In this document: piece by piece, positions 1 through 9,866 of the stretch
Numbering within the stretch: the first letter of the stretch is position 1
How the letters are laid out: every line of letters starts with the position of its first letter
Assembly (NCBI GenBank): GCA_045597865.1
Contig: JAZLKX010000052.1
Span: 202,470 to 266,469, forward strand
DNA from: Bacilli bacterium
GTDB taxonomy: Bacteria; Bacillota_I; Bacilli_A; RFN20; CAG-826
DNA: 64,000 nt
Direction of reading: 5' to 3'
The notes under the pieces: model-generated
Seen by the model: the letters and a program-made list of their open reading frames with translations, nothing else
Database searches by the model: none
What the model was told of the DNA's origin: nothing
Position numbers and translations under genes: made by a program

Positions 1-2
1 CG

Positions 3-215
3 TTTTATAGGTTGCTATTCCAAAATGAAAGTTCGGCTGAAGAAATCATTGAGGAAGTTTTTAGACGCGTTGAGGTTTGGTGCGGCGTTGAAATTGACCG
101 TGAGAACGCTTTGGTAGAAGTTGACTCAGCTAATCATTCTGTTGAATTAACGATACCTTACTATTATAACAACCGTTTAAGTAAACACATTTTTAGTAGA
201 GCTATTTCAGCATAA
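3..215 (+). CDS. 3' part of gp25-like baseplate wedge protein (probably starts upstream of window)
   Basis: Frame is open from the window edge; LFQN...EEVFRRVEVW...VEVDSANHSVELTIPY resembles the gp25/GPW C-terminal pattern. Confidence 0.5.
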   Translation, partial: FYRLLFQNESSAEEIIEEVFRRVEVWCGVEIDRENALVEVDSANHSVELTIPYYYNNRLSKHIFSRAISA

Positions 216-241
216 TAAATAATTCAAAAGGTTGATACATT

Positions 242-685
242 ATGCAGCAGTTTATGTCATTTAGTGATTATGTTCAGGCACAGATGAACCAAGCGTATAA
301 CCGCGAGGACATTCGTGAAACGCCTACAGTAAATCCAGAGACTGATAAACCGTCTGGTGTTATGGCAAAGCTGAACCCTAAGACATGGAACGCAAAAATC
401 ATTGGTGATGAAAAGTATCTATTCTTTAATAACCATCAGTTAAATGTATCAAAACTTAAAAACGAAATACAGCAACTATACAAAGCCAAAGGTTATGAAC
501 ACTATGGCTTTAGTAAGCTTGGCGAGAGTGAGCTTGTGAGATACAAGACACTTAGAGATATCCTAATGTCAGAATTCCTTCGTTACGATACGAACGATGA
601 GCTCGACCCTGCGGAAATAGCACAAATCATTTTTGACCACGAGGCTAAGGACTTTACTTGGCAGCCTGAGCCTTTAACGTTATAG
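242..685 (+). CDS. hypothetical protein, 147 aa
   Basis: ORF with upstream AATAAATA late-like box and AAGG RBS. Confidence 0.7.
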   Translation: MQQFMSFSDYVQAQMNQAYNREDIRETPTVNPETDKPSGVMAKLNPKTWNAKIIGDEKYLFFNNHQLNVSKLKNEIQQLYKAKGYEHYGFSKLGESELVRYKTLRDILMSEFLRYDTNDELDPAEIAQIIFDHEAKDFTWQPEPLTL

Positions 686-697
686 GAATTTTTTCTC

Positions 698-1114
698 ATG
701 ACAAGCACAACAAATAAGTTACTTGAAGTCAGACTAAAAGTTGATGCGTGGATAATTGAAGAAACGCTTACACGCATGGGCATACCTGACATCAAGAATA
801 AAGTTTTATACCAGTCCTGCCATTTGTTAAAACAATTTGGTACATATTACATTGCACATTTTAAGCAGCTTTTTGTTCTTAGCCGTGGCAAAGATGGTTA
901 TCCAGGTTTCGGCAATGTTTCTCTTGAAGACATTGAGCGTCGTAATTCTATTGCATTCTGTTTGTTGAAATGGAACATGATTGAGATCGTTGAACCAGAA
1001 GAAATAGAAGAACATTCAACACGCATCTTTGTTTTGCCACATGCTGAAAAACATAACTGGCAGCTAATCAAGAAGTTTAATGTCAAAAATTTAGATAGTG
1101 AGTATATTCAATGA
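698..1114 (+). CDS. regA: RegA translational repressor
   Basis: ETLTRMGI..KNKVLYQSCHLL..YYIAHFK..EDIERRNSIA..W.MIEIV closely matches T4 RegA. Confidence 0.93.
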   Translation: MTSTTNKLLEVRLKVDAWIIEETLTRMGIPDIKNKVLYQSCHLLKQFGTYYIAHFKQLFVLSRGKDGYPGFGNVSLEDIERRNSIAFCLLKWNMIEIVEPEEIEEHSTRIFVLPHAEKHNWQLIKKFNVKNLDSEYIQ

Positions 1115-2190
1115 TTAAGAAAAGAATGCTTAATGAAGCTGAATTTAGCGATGGTTTTAAACTCTCCGATGATGAGAAAACAATCATTGGATTTAATGAT
1201 CAGACCGCTGCTGATGAATTTGGCAACAAGTTCAAAAAAGATGAGAACGGCAAATGGAAGTTTGAAGGTAAAAAACACAGCTATGCAGTTTCCGATGATA
1301 TGCAAGATAAAATTGCACAACTTGTTAATAAATGGAAAAAGAATAATAAAAGCAGCAGTAATAACAATGAATACAATACCCCAAGTATATGGGAAAACAT
1401 TGGTAAGTCACTATGCTTCTTAGTTATTCATAACTTAACTGATGGTAAGATGAAAGGGTTTGAAGCTAGCGGTGGCGATAAAAACATCAGCGGTGAAAAA
1501 TTTGCTGAGAGCGTTAAACCTGAGGATATGCTTGACCGCTTCAAAAACGCATTTAAAAACATTGATGAAATTGACGATAATTTCCTTAAGAAGAATAACA
1601 TCTTCCAAATTATGGATAACTTCGCGGCGCGTGCAGCATATCAGGAAGCAAAAAATGAAGGCAAACTAAATCAGGACCAACTTGACAAATACGGCACTGA
1701 AGAAGATGGCAAATTTAAATACAACATTGATTTTATTAAGTCAAACACAGCAACCAAATCTTATTACACAAAAATCTTTAATGAATTTCAGGACGCATTA
1801 GATGAAGGTGTAAAGGCTGGTAAAGCTGAAGTTGATAAGTTAAAATCTGGTGAAGGCGGTAAAGTAAAGGACCCGCTAACTGGTCAAACTGTTAGTGTTG
1901 ATAAAGACAGTTTTAAAAAACAACTTGCAAAAGGCGCATTAAATAAAGCAGGCGAAATTGCTGGAGATTTACTTGGCATTAATGATGGCAAAGATATTTT
2001 CAGCATGGCCATTAGAGGCGTTATCGGAATGATTAAAGATAACGGCGGCATTCGCAAAGTTTTAAAAATGGGTAAACAAATTGCTTGGAAAAAGAATGTA
2101 AAACTAAAAAACAAAGATGTTAAAAAACATGTTGATGAACTAAACAAAGACATTGAAAAACGAGCTAAGAATAAGGAAATTCCAGAGTAA
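1111..2190 (+). CDS. hypothetical protein, possible internal head protein
   Basis: 359-aa K/D/E-rich ORF; N-terminal MLNEA resembles an I/L-x-E prohead-protease site. Confidence 0.6.
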   Translation: MIKKRMLNEAEFSDGFKLSDDEKTIIGFNDQTAADEFGNKFKKDENGKWKFEGKKHSYAVSDDMQDKIAQLVNKWKKNNKSSSNNNEYNTPSIWENIGKSLCFLVIHNLTDGKMKGFEASGGDKNISGEKFAESVKPEDMLDRFKNAFKNIDEIDDNFLKKNNIFQIMDNFAARAAYQEAKNEGKLNQDQLDKYGTEEDGKFKYNIDFIKSNTATKSYYTKIFNEFQDALDEGVKAGKAEVDKLKSGEGGKVKDPLTGQTVSVDKDSFKKQLAKGALNKAGEIAGDLLGINDGKDIFSMAIRGVIGMIKDNGGIRKVLKMGKQIAWKKNVKLKNKDVKKHVDELNKDIEKRAKNKEIPE

Positions 2191-2201
2191 GAGGTTAACA
2201 C

Positions 2202-3767
2202 ATGGCTGATAAAAAACAAGATCAGTTTGCTGAAATCAATAAAAAGGTTAAAGACCAGGTTGCAGAATGTTTTAATCTAATCTGGGGTAAGCATATTGCT
2301 AATTTTGGCCTAGCAGATGCGCCAATTGGCGATAGAGCTTCAACTGAAGGTGAAGAAATTTTTCTTACTAATGAGGATGATGAACAAAAAACTGTTTTTA
2401 TGCTTTGTCCATCAAATATAGATAAAGGAACATCTTTTGTAAATCACAATAAGAAACTTTTATCAGAAGCTATTGGCATATATTTGGATTTTTACAACAA
2501 GTCATTAAAACGGTCAAAAACTTGGAGATCACAAAAGGCATTTGAAGGTGCTAAGGGCGATTATCTACTTAAAGGCGAATCATTAAAGCTAAAAGACAAA
2601 GTTGAATTTGAAAACCCTGAGGACGAAAAAACTGCATTGGCTAAAGCTAGCGAAATTGAAAAACTTTTTGGCATAATCAATAATTACCAACTTAATAGAA
2701 TCGCTGAATGTTCAAATGAAAAAGCCGCAGCTGAATTAACAAAATTCAAACAAGAACTTGATGGCATTAAAATTGAAAATTTTGAAAACCCTATTCCTGT
2801 TAAAATAGTTGGCGAAGAAAATAAAGACGATGAACAGGAAATACCGCAGGAAGTTGAAAAAGATGCTGGCAATGCACTAAAGAGTACAATGGCTATGCCT
2901 CAGCATGTTGCTGATGAAGACTATGATAAGAAACTTGAGGCAACAAAGAAACAAATTGAAGAAGGCCGTAAAGCATTAGAAGACTGGATGAAAAATGACG
3001 AAGAAGCTGCTAACATTATCATGAAGGCAATTAAGCCTATTGAAAAATACAAGCAGCAAATGCTTCCACAGGTTTGGCTATTTGCTCATGTGAATAAACT
3101 AAAGGCTATGTTTGAATCATTGTTGGAATACAATGAAATGTATAACTTGTTGCTTGAAGCTGGTGAAGAAACCAGTGAAGACGGTACAGGCGATTCATCA
3201 GAACAACCTAGTGGTGCTGAACCTGGTGGTAATGATGCTGCTGAAAACGATGCTGCTGCCAAGGGCAATGATGACCAAGCAAATAAAGAAAAAGAAGAAT
3301 GGAAGAAAAAAGCGGGTGAACTGCTTAAAGGCATTGACGAATTATTAAAGAAAGAAAAACCGTCAGAATTTGCTTCTGCTTATGAATCTTGGGGTAAGGC
3401 AGTTACTGACTTATTCAATAACATGGCCGCAAACGATAAGTTGAAAGAAAAATTGGCTGAAATCAAGGATGAAGACCCATACGTCAAACTTTGTACTGTA
3501 GGTCATATTGTTACTGCTAAAGAAAAGGAAGGTGAAGGCGATATGGATCCTAAGGAAGCTGAAGCAAAAATCAAAGACGCATTGAAAGGTAAGAACCCTG
3601 ATGATTTGACTGATGATGAAAAAGGTGCTATGCTTACTGGACTGCAAGGACAAGGCGTTCCAGAAGATATCATTAAAAAGACACTAAATATGGCTGAAGC
3701 TTTCACAAATAAAAACTTCTTAACATCACTACGTAGTTTCCTAAAAGAATCAGTTAAGTTAGTATAA
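2202..3767 (+). CDS. hypothetical acidic coiled-coil protein, possible internal head protein
   Basis: 521 aa, GAGG RBS, LLLEA and FLKES motifs next to acidic linkers. Confidence 0.6.
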   Translation: MADKKQDQFAEINKKVKDQVAECFNLIWGKHIANFGLADAPIGDRASTEGEEIFLTNEDDEQKTVFMLCPSNIDKGTSFVNHNKKLLSEAIGIYLDFYNKSLKRSKTWRSQKAFEGAKGDYLLKGESLKLKDKVEFENPEDEKTALAKASEIEKLFGIINNYQLNRIAECSNEKAAAELTKFKQELDGIKIENFENPIPVKIVGEENKDDEQEIPQEVEKDAGNALKSTMAMPQHVADEDYDKKLEATKKQIEEGRKALEDWMKNDEEAANIIMKAIKPIEKYKQQMLPQVWLFAHVNKLKAMFESLLEYNEMYNLLLEAGEETSEDGTGDSSEQPSGAEPGGNDAAENDAAAKGNDDQANKEKEEWKKKAGELLKGIDELLKKEKPSEFASAYESWGKAVTDLFNNMAANDKLKEKLAEIKDEDPYVKLCTVGHIVTAKEKEGEGDMDPKEAEAKIKDALKGKNPDDLTDDEKGAMLTGLQGQGVPEDIIKKTLNMAEAFTNKNFLTSLRSFLKESVKLV

Positions 3768-3770
3768 ATA
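3763..3770 (+). promoter_or_regulatory. T4-type late promoter TATAAATA (representative copy)
   Basis: Exact TATAAATA upstream of genes also at 4139, 6048, 6908, 9838, 12959, 18419, 28264, 40471, 43640 (+) and 49828-49835 (-); one-mismatch variants near 215, 8567, 10611, 14487, 17499, 24281, 31988. Confidence 0.85.
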
Positions 3771-3822
3771 AGTATAGCGTGGAAATAAAACTCCACGCTA
3801 TCTTTATGATGAAAGGTGGTTT

Positions 3823-4131
3823 ATGACTGACAGTGAAATTGATGAATGTTTGTCTGAAATAAAGGCTATCCTAGAAGATGTTTCAATTTTAAAAAGAAAC
3901 AACATTTCATATGAACAGGTATGCAGCGTTCCGCAATTCTCAAATATGATATTGTTGTTTAATTACTGGGGTTTATATGAATCTGACCCCGAACTAATTA
4001 AGTTAGCTATGTATTATGCAACTAATGACAACTGGGATTACATTAACGAGAAAATTTCAGATATATGGCTTAAAAAAGCTAACCTTGAAATTGAGCAAAT
4101 TATTAAGGAAATTGAAAATTCTTCGGACTGA
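3823..4131 (+). CDS. hypothetical protein, 102 aa
   Basis: ORF with AAGGTGG RBS. Confidence 0.65.
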   Translation: MTDSEIDECLSEIKAILEDVSILKRNNISYEQVCSVPQFSNMILLFNYWGLYESDPELIKLAMYYATNDNWDYINEKISDIWLKKANLEIEQIIKEIENSSD

Positions 4132-4167
4132 TGACCTTTATAAATACAATATAGAGGTAAAGACGGT

Positions 4168-5217
4168 ATGATTTACGAAAACAACCCAAGTAGACCAGGA
4201 TACGTTCCTTTTCCGGAACCGCATCATGTTCGCCAGCCATATCCGTACCCAGTTCCGCCTCGTCACATGAGTGACCTAGAACCGGCTTTTGTTGTACGCC
4301 CTGGCGAAGAATGCTGCCCAGGCCCGCAGCCTGAATGTGAATGTGTAACATCAGGCGATGTTATGCGTTGGAACCATGCCGCCGATATTACTGAAAGTTT
4401 GACTGAAGAACAGCTCTCTGGGCTATCTTCAATTCCTGATGTTTCTGAACTCGTTGCATCTGCTTCAGCCTGGAATAGCAATTACGATACTGTTTCTGCT
4501 AATTCAGCTGATTGGGAAGAAATTCGTAAGCTATCAAGTTTCTCAGCCGATACGCTAAATAAGTTTGATGAAATTGATAGTGCATTTACTGCTGTAAATG
4601 AAAACATCAATGCCGTTGAACAGAAGATTCCTGACTATCATTTTGATACGTCCGGATATTATCCGTCAATGTCAGGCGATGGCACTGTCGGCGCGCCATT
4701 CGGCGTAAATGGATGGCAATCATACGCTAATGTAAGAACTGAACTAAATACAATTTACAGTCACATTATAGAAATACCGCCGTCTGATTGTTTACCGCTT
4801 AGCTGGATTTTTGACGGCACAAAAGCTTATGTTGACAACATCAACGTTAGATTCTCAGCCGTTGATGAACATGATAATAAACAGGATATGGAAATTGCAC
4901 ATTTGTGGCATGAATTGTCAAGTGCTCAATTATATTCACAATCCGCGTTAAATGAAGTTAAAACTTACCTACCAGGGCACGGCATTACAATTCTGCCGTA
5001 TGCACAGGGTGAAACTAATGAATATGTTGTTTCTATCAATACGCATGATCTTGATTATGTTATTCATGACCAAGTTAAAGAAATCGCAAAAGAAACAACT
5101 AACAGTATACTTAATGGTAAACGTTATGTAGAGTTTGTAAATATGGGAACATATCCAAAAACCACCGGTGATCTTGTTAATGCTACTGCTCATAAAACAA
5201 TTTATGTAGCGGTATAG
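4168..5217 (+). CDS. putative virion fibre/whisker-like protein
   Basis: Late promoter and GAGG RBS; Pro-rich N-terminus, WNSNYDTVSANSADW-type segment, SGDGTVGAPFGV and PGHGITI fibre-like motifs. Confidence 0.45.
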   Translation: MIYENNPSRPGYVPFPEPHHVRQPYPYPVPPRHMSDLEPAFVVRPGEECCPGPQPECECVTSGDVMRWNHAADITESLTEEQLSGLSSIPDVSELVASASAWNSNYDTVSANSADWEEIRKLSSFSADTLNKFDEIDSAFTAVNENINAVEQKIPDYHFDTSGYYPSMSGDGTVGAPFGVNGWQSYANVRTELNTIYSHIIEIPPSDCLPLSWIFDGTKAYVDNINVRFSAVDEHDNKQDMEIAHLWHELSSAQLYSQSALNEVKTYLPGHGITILPYAQGETNEYVVSINTHDLDYVIHDQVKEIAKETTNSILNGKRYVEFVNMGTYPKTTGDLVNATAHKTIYVAV

Positions 5218-5225
5218 GAAATATC

Positions 5226-5636
5226 ATGGAACAAGTTCTAACAATCCTTTTGTCTAGCGGAAACGTCGTTGGCATTGTCGCCTTCGTTGTTTGCTATCTT
5301 ATCATTTACTTTCAGCGCAAGAACACTGGAGAAAAGCGAAATAAAGTTGAAGAAGAATTACGTCTTCAAATTAAATTAGCAAAAGAAAAAGCAGAAGCCG
5401 CTGAACTAGCAGCCCAACAGAAAATTGAAGACGCTGTTGAGGATATGCAAGCTGAAATAAATACATTAAAGACAGAGAGGCTTCTGATGGCAAAAGACAT
5501 TGAAGTTCTTAAGAACGATGTTGGTGGCGTTAAAGAAGATGTTAAGGAAATCAAGTTAACATTGAGCAATATCGCCGTTTCAATAGCCGAACTTGCTGCA
5601 GCTGCTAAAGTTAGAAACGAAGAAAAACAAGGGTAA
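5226..5636 (+). CDS. single-TM coiled-coil protein, holin-like
   Basis: N-terminal hydrophobic helix (VVGIVAFVVCYLIIYF), basic residues, then heptad coiled coil. Confidence 0.45.
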   Translation: MEQVLTILLSSGNVVGIVAFVVCYLIIYFQRKNTGEKRNKVEEELRLQIKLAKEKAEAAELAAQQKIEDAVEDMQAEINTLKTERLLMAKDIEVLKNDVGGVKEDVKEIKLTLSNIAVSIAELAAAAKVRNEEKQG

Positions 5637-5638
5637 GT

Positions 5639-6052
5639 ATGGACAAAACTTTTACTCAATTTTTAGCTGAAAGTAAGGTGTTTACATCAAAGGAAGATAA
5701 CCCTTTGATTTACACACTAATCATACCAAAGCTAGTTCAGTATGATGGTTGTAAAGACACCGTAAAGGATGATAAGGCGCTTTTTGAACTCGTCAATAAA
5801 GTTGAAAAACTGATGAGTAAACTAGACGTTAAACAGCTTAAAAAGTTATATAATCCTGTAGTAATGTTTAATGTGTTTGAACAGGAAAGCACGAAGAAAG
5901 CAACAAAAGAATTTGTGCTTCAATACTTTACTGAGTTTGAACAGCAAATTGCTGGCGAAGAAGTTACTTTTGAAGGTGCATATAAAATACATTCCACATT
6001 TAAGCAGTTAAAGGATAGCGAAGAATTTAAAGCATATCTGCAGTCCTTATAA
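5639..6052 (+). CDS. hypothetical protein (possible head-targeted)
   Basis: MDKTFTQFLAES resembles the T4 capsid-targeting sequence MKTYQEFIAE. Confidence 0.6.
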   Translation: MDKTFTQFLAESKVFTSKEDNPLIYTLIIPKLVQYDGCKDTVKDDKALFELVNKVEKLMSKLDVKQLKKLYNPVVMFNVFEQESTKKATKEFVLQYFTEFEQQIAGEEVTFEGAYKIHSTFKQLKDSEEFKAYLQSL

Positions 6053-6084
6053 ATAAAATATAAAAGGTTTTAGGAGATCTAAAA

Positions 6085-6846
6085 ATGGCAAAGAAACAAC
6101 AGAAGGCTACTCGCCGTAAGACAAATTTGTATGAAGGATTCCTTGATGGTGCTGATGATGAAGTAAAGACACCAGAGGAAGCTCCTGTTGAAACATCTGA
6201 AGAAGGTGCAGAAGGCGCTGAAGAAAGCGACATCGCTGAAGAACCTATAAGCGATGATGAACTCGACGGCAATGGCGACGGCGAAGCTGATGACGCTGCA
6301 TCTGATGAAGAAGCCGGCGTTGAACCTGAAGGTTCTGAAGCTGAAGACAATTTACAAGATACATTGCAGACACTTATCACTGCAGTTCAGGGTTTGACTG
6401 ACCAAATCGCAAAACAGAATGGTGAAGGTGGTGATGAATCTACAGGCGATGATGATTCCGCTAGCGAAGAAACCGCTGATGAAGAAACTGCTGAACCTGA
6501 AGAAGACGATTCTGATTTTGAAGGTGATGAAGAATCATCTGAAGAAAGCTCTGATGAAGAATCATCTGAAGAATCAGGCGATGAAGAAAGTTCTGATGAA
6601 GAAAGTTCCGACGACGAAAGCACAAACGAAATGTTGAAACCTTTCTATAAGCGCGGCAAAATGCTTCATGAAGATTCTTCTTCCTTACTAGGTAAGCTTG
6701 CTCATTATCGCTTTGACAAGCTTGAGCCGATTTTCATGGCTATCGTTGAGTCAAAGATTCGCCGTCGCATTGAAGGCGCTAAGACTCAATTCCGTCAGGA
6801 AGCTATTGCTGCTCGCTTGAACGGCATCTCTTCCGACGAAGAATAA
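6085..6846 (+). CDS. very acidic low-complexity protein, probable prohead core/internal protein
   Basis: Late promoter, AGGAG RBS, D/E/S repeats (DEESSEES), LYE/LHE motifs. Confidence 0.6.
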   Translation: MAKKQQKATRRKTNLYEGFLDGADDEVKTPEEAPVETSEEGAEGAEESDIAEEPISDDELDGNGDGEADDAASDEEAGVEPEGSEAEDNLQDTLQTLITAVQGLTDQIAKQNGEGGDESTGDDDSASEETADEETAEPEEDDSDFEGDEESSEESSDEESSEESGDEESSDEESSDDESTNEMLKPFYKRGKMLHEDSSSLLGKLAHYRFDKLEPIFMAIVESKIRRRIEGAKTQFRQEAIAARLNGISSDEE

Positions 6847-6871
6847 TCGTTAAACATTTCTAAAACCTATT

Positions 6872-6903
6872 AAACGGTGGTCGGTTTCCGGCTGCCGTTT
6901 TTT
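6872..6903 (+). terminator. intrinsic terminator
   Basis: AAACGGTGGTCGG-TTT-CCGGCTGCCGTTT hairpin followed by T run. Confidence 0.7.
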
Positions 6904-6919
6904 CATATATAAATACTAT

Positions 6920-7525
6920 ATGAAACAGTTTGATAAATTATGTGATACATTCAATATAGATGGCGTAAGCGAAAGCGTCATTAATGCTGCAATAGCACCT
7001 CCGGCACCAGTTGTAGTTCCTGATGAAGACGAGGACGAAACTGATGAATCTGCTGAGACACCTGAACCACAGCCGCAGCTGACATATAAAGGTCAAAAAT
7101 ATACACTTGACTCATTCCGCTATATGAAGTCTTTGCTACAACAAAAGATTCAAACGGATAGTGATGTTTTGGCTACAATGCAACAGATGTGTAAGGTTGG
7201 TGCTAACGCTCGTCTATTTGAAGTATATGCAACTTTATCAAATACTGTTGCTGCGCAGATTAAACAGCTGCAAGATATGGAAAAGGTGATGACTGATTAT
7301 CAGGTCACTGAAGAACGCGAAAAAATGCAGCGCGAAAATATGGCTCAAAAGGAACGCCTTTTACAGATTAAAGCTGAAGCTGGTTCTGGTGGCAATACTT
7401 ATAACATTCAGAATAACACAAACCTTTGCTTAACCTCAACAGAACTAGAAGCAATGCTTGAAAAGGCAGACACAGATCGGCAAATAAATACTGCACAGAT
7501 TTCAACGGATTTTGATTTGGAATAA
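6920..7525 (+). CDS. gp16: terminase small subunit (gp16-like)
   Basis: ARLFEVYATL...YNIQNNTNLCLTSTELEAML parallels T4 gp16 PRHMEVFATL...MNIQNATVFMGSPTELM. Confidence 0.75.
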   Translation: MKQFDKLCDTFNIDGVSESVINAAIAPPAPVVVPDEDEDETDESAETPEPQPQLTYKGQKYTLDSFRYMKSLLQQKIQTDSDVLATMQQMCKVGANARLFEVYATLSNTVAAQIKQLQDMEKVMTDYQVTEEREKMQRENMAQKERLLQIKAEAGSGGNTYNIQNNTNLCLTSTELEAMLEKADTDRQINTAQISTDFDLE

Positions 7526-8567
7526 GATGGTTAAGTATTCAACTTTTTATAGGATTCAAGAACGCGATAAGTTCTTCAACGGCTTTTGTAAGCGATACAT
7601 AAAGACGAATGACGAGTCTTTACGCGAAAGCATGGAAGACACTGCTTTTGAGCTTATGGAAGTCATTGTAAAGATGCTTCTTGATGATAACCTTGAAGAT
7701 TTAGTTTATATCTTGTCAAAGCAAAATGCTAAACACGCTCGAGTTTTCTTTGACTATTTCACTGGCCTAAAAACAAAACATATGAAAAAGGCCGATATCG
7801 TTTCGAGTGTGAATGAATTTTTTGACCAAAAGGAGAAAGACATGAAAGACATTGCGGCTTACCTTAAGGAAACAGTCAAGCCTGTAAAGCTTGAACTAAA
7901 GTATAAGCCATTTAAGTTAAATGAAGCTGACGATGATGGCGACGATATGGGTGGTGACGACGCAGGTGGCGATGATCCGTTTGGTGATGACGCTGGTGGC
8001 GATGATCCATTCGGAGACGATGCTGGCGGTGATGATCCGTTTGGCGATGGCGGCGATAGCGCTGGTGGAGATGGCGATAGCGACGGTGACGGCGATGAAG
8101 AAAAGGACGGTGACGAAGAAGAAACTGAAGAAGATGAATACGATATTGAAGGTCACGAAGACGATCCTGAATTTAAGGGCGTTCAGAAAACAGGCGATGT
8201 CGTAAAGCCGGCAGCTGCTGCAGCTTGCGTTGTTAGCATTGATGAAGTGATGGTTGCTTTGAATGCGATGATTAACTCATTGCCTGATAATCAGCTTGCT
8301 GAAATTGAAGCAGTTAAGAAAGCCGTTACTTTGATTTTCAATGGTAAGATTCTTAAGCCTGAAGATGTTACATTCCAGAATCCGAAAAACGCTGCCTTCT
8401 TAATCAAAAAGCTCAGCGATAACTTGAATGAAAAAACTCGCCATTATTTGGTCCGCAAAATCAAGGAGCCTTTGATTAAGCTCCGTGACCAGAACAAGGA
8501 AGAACTGGCTGCTATGAAGAACGATACTCAGAATATCAGATCTACCTTGTCCAAAATGGACATGTAA
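7512..8567 (+). CDS. hypothetical protein with acidic GGDDPFGDDA repeats; start uncertain (7527 or 7842 also plausible)
   Basis: 351-aa ORF; LKE and LNE motifs; in-frame AGGAG+ATG at 7842. Confidence 0.65.
   Translation: MIWNKMVKYSTFYRIQERDKFFNGFCKRYIKTNDESLRESMEDTAFELMEVIVKMLLDDNLEDLVYILSKQNAKHARVFFDYFTGLKTKHMKKADIVSSVNEFFDQKEKDMKDIAAYLKETVKPVKLELKYKPFKLNEADDDGDDMGGDDAGGDDPFGDDAGGDDPFGDDAGGDDPFGDGGDSAGGDGDSDGDGDEEKDGDEEETEEDEYDIEGHEDDPEFKGVQKTGDVVKPAAAAACVVSIDEVMVALNAMINSLPDNQLAEIEAVKKAVTLIFNGKILKPEDVTFQNPKNAAFLIKKLSDNLNEKTRHYLVRKIKEPLIKLRDQNKEELAAMKNDTQNIRSTLSKMDM
7962..8050 (+). repeat. 30-bp tandem coding repeat x3 (AGGDDPFGDD)
   Basis: Three near-identical 30-nt units with synonymous differences. 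Confidence 0.9.
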
Positions 8568-8603
8568 TAAATAGATTAGTTTAAAATTTGAGGTGAATTT
8601 ATT

Positions 8604-9791
8604 ATGTTAAATGCAACGACGAATGATGGTAAAAATTTAGCGCTAATCCTATACGGCGACACAAGCGGCTGCTCACACTACAGGCTCCGCTGGAATGCTT
8701 TGTACTATGCCGGACATGAACATCTTGGCTTTGTACCTTTGCTTATGCCATTTCCAATCTTTGATGGTAATTACCTAGCTCGTGCAAAGGCCATCATTAT
8801 GCAGCGTCCTGTATCGCAACAGCATATTGAAATTGTAAAGCGATACAAAGCACTTCAGCCGAAGTTTGGTTATAAACTTGTATTTGAAGTAGATGACCAG
8901 GTGTTCAAAATTGATGGCCAATGCGTTCCGCCGTATAATACAGCATCCTTACATTTTGATGGTGAAGACACAACGAATGCATGTCGCGAAGTATTACCCT
9001 TGTTTGATGAAATCGTTGTTTCAACTGATTACTTAAAGCAAAAGATGGAAGAAATCTTTGACGTACATAATGTAACTGTTATTCGTAATGTTGTGCCACG
9101 CTTCCTCTGGTCTTATCCACGCAAGCAGGAAATTACTGAAGACATCAAGAAACCAACTGTAGTGTATTCTGGTTCGCCTTGTCATTATCGCAATCCTGTT
9201 CCTAAGCGTGATCCGTCGCCACAAGAGCCAAACGGTTTCCCAGGTATTTCTCCATTGAAAGGCGATATGGATAATGCTTGGTGTGATTGGGTGATTAAGA
9301 ATGTTCGCGAAGATAAAATTAACTTTGTTGTAATGGGTGCATTGCCTTGGTTCTGGGAGTGCATTAAGGACAAGATTAGGTTTATCCCGTGGGTTGACTG
9401 CAATAGCTTCCCAAGACAGGTAATGGAAACCGGCGCTGACTTTAGTTTCGCACCGCTTGTAAACAATACATTCAATAAGTGTAAGTCAAGTCTTCGCTTT
9501 ACTGAATCTTGTGCCGCAGGACAGGTATTCTTAGGAACCGTATTCACGGCTGATAAGGATAGTCCTTACGAAGAAATTCATGAACTGGGTAAAGTTCCTG
9601 ATAATGCAACAGTTGAACAGATTGATGAAAAGTTCTGGAATCTCTGTAAAAAGGAAAACTATAATAAGGTACTTAACTGGCAGTATGATTTCATCAATAA
9701 TGCAGGCTATTGGCTTGAAAGCGATAAGCATGCAAATCAGTGGCTATCAATGATTGACAGTGGCGCGGTTTGCAAGACACCGTTTATCTAA
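8604..9791 (+). CDS. glycosyltransferase, GT-B fold
   Basis: GCSHYRL, FEVDD, DEIVVST..L, VIRNVVP, APLVNNTFNKCKS.LRF.E motifs of phage GT-B enzymes. Confidence 0.75.
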   Translation: MLNATTNDGKNLALILYGDTSGCSHYRLRWNALYYAGHEHLGFVPLLMPFPIFDGNYLARAKAIIMQRPVSQQHIEIVKRYKALQPKFGYKLVFEVDDQVFKIDGQCVPPYNTASLHFDGEDTTNACREVLPLFDEIVVSTDYLKQKMEEIFDVHNVTVIRNVVPRFLWSYPRKQEITEDIKKPTVVYSGSPCHYRNPVPKRDPSPQEPNGFPGISPLKGDMDNAWCDWVIKNVREDKINFVVMGALPWFWECIKDKIRFIPWVDCNSFPRQVMETGADFSFAPLVNNTFNKCKSSLRFTESCAAGQVFLGTVFTADKDSPYEEIHELGKVPDNATVEQIDEKFWNLCKKENYNKVLNWQYDFINNAGYWLESDKHANQWLSMIDSGAVCKTPFI

Positions 9792-9809
9792 TCAGTTAGA
9801 TTCATTTAT

Positions 9810-9835
9810 GAGGGGACTTAGGCCCCCTCTTTTTG
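9810..9835 (+). terminator. intrinsic terminator
   Basis: GAGGGG...CCCCTC hairpin followed by TTTTT. Confidence 0.75.
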
Positions 9836-9866
9836 TGTATAAATACAAAAAGGAGAATGGTATCTA

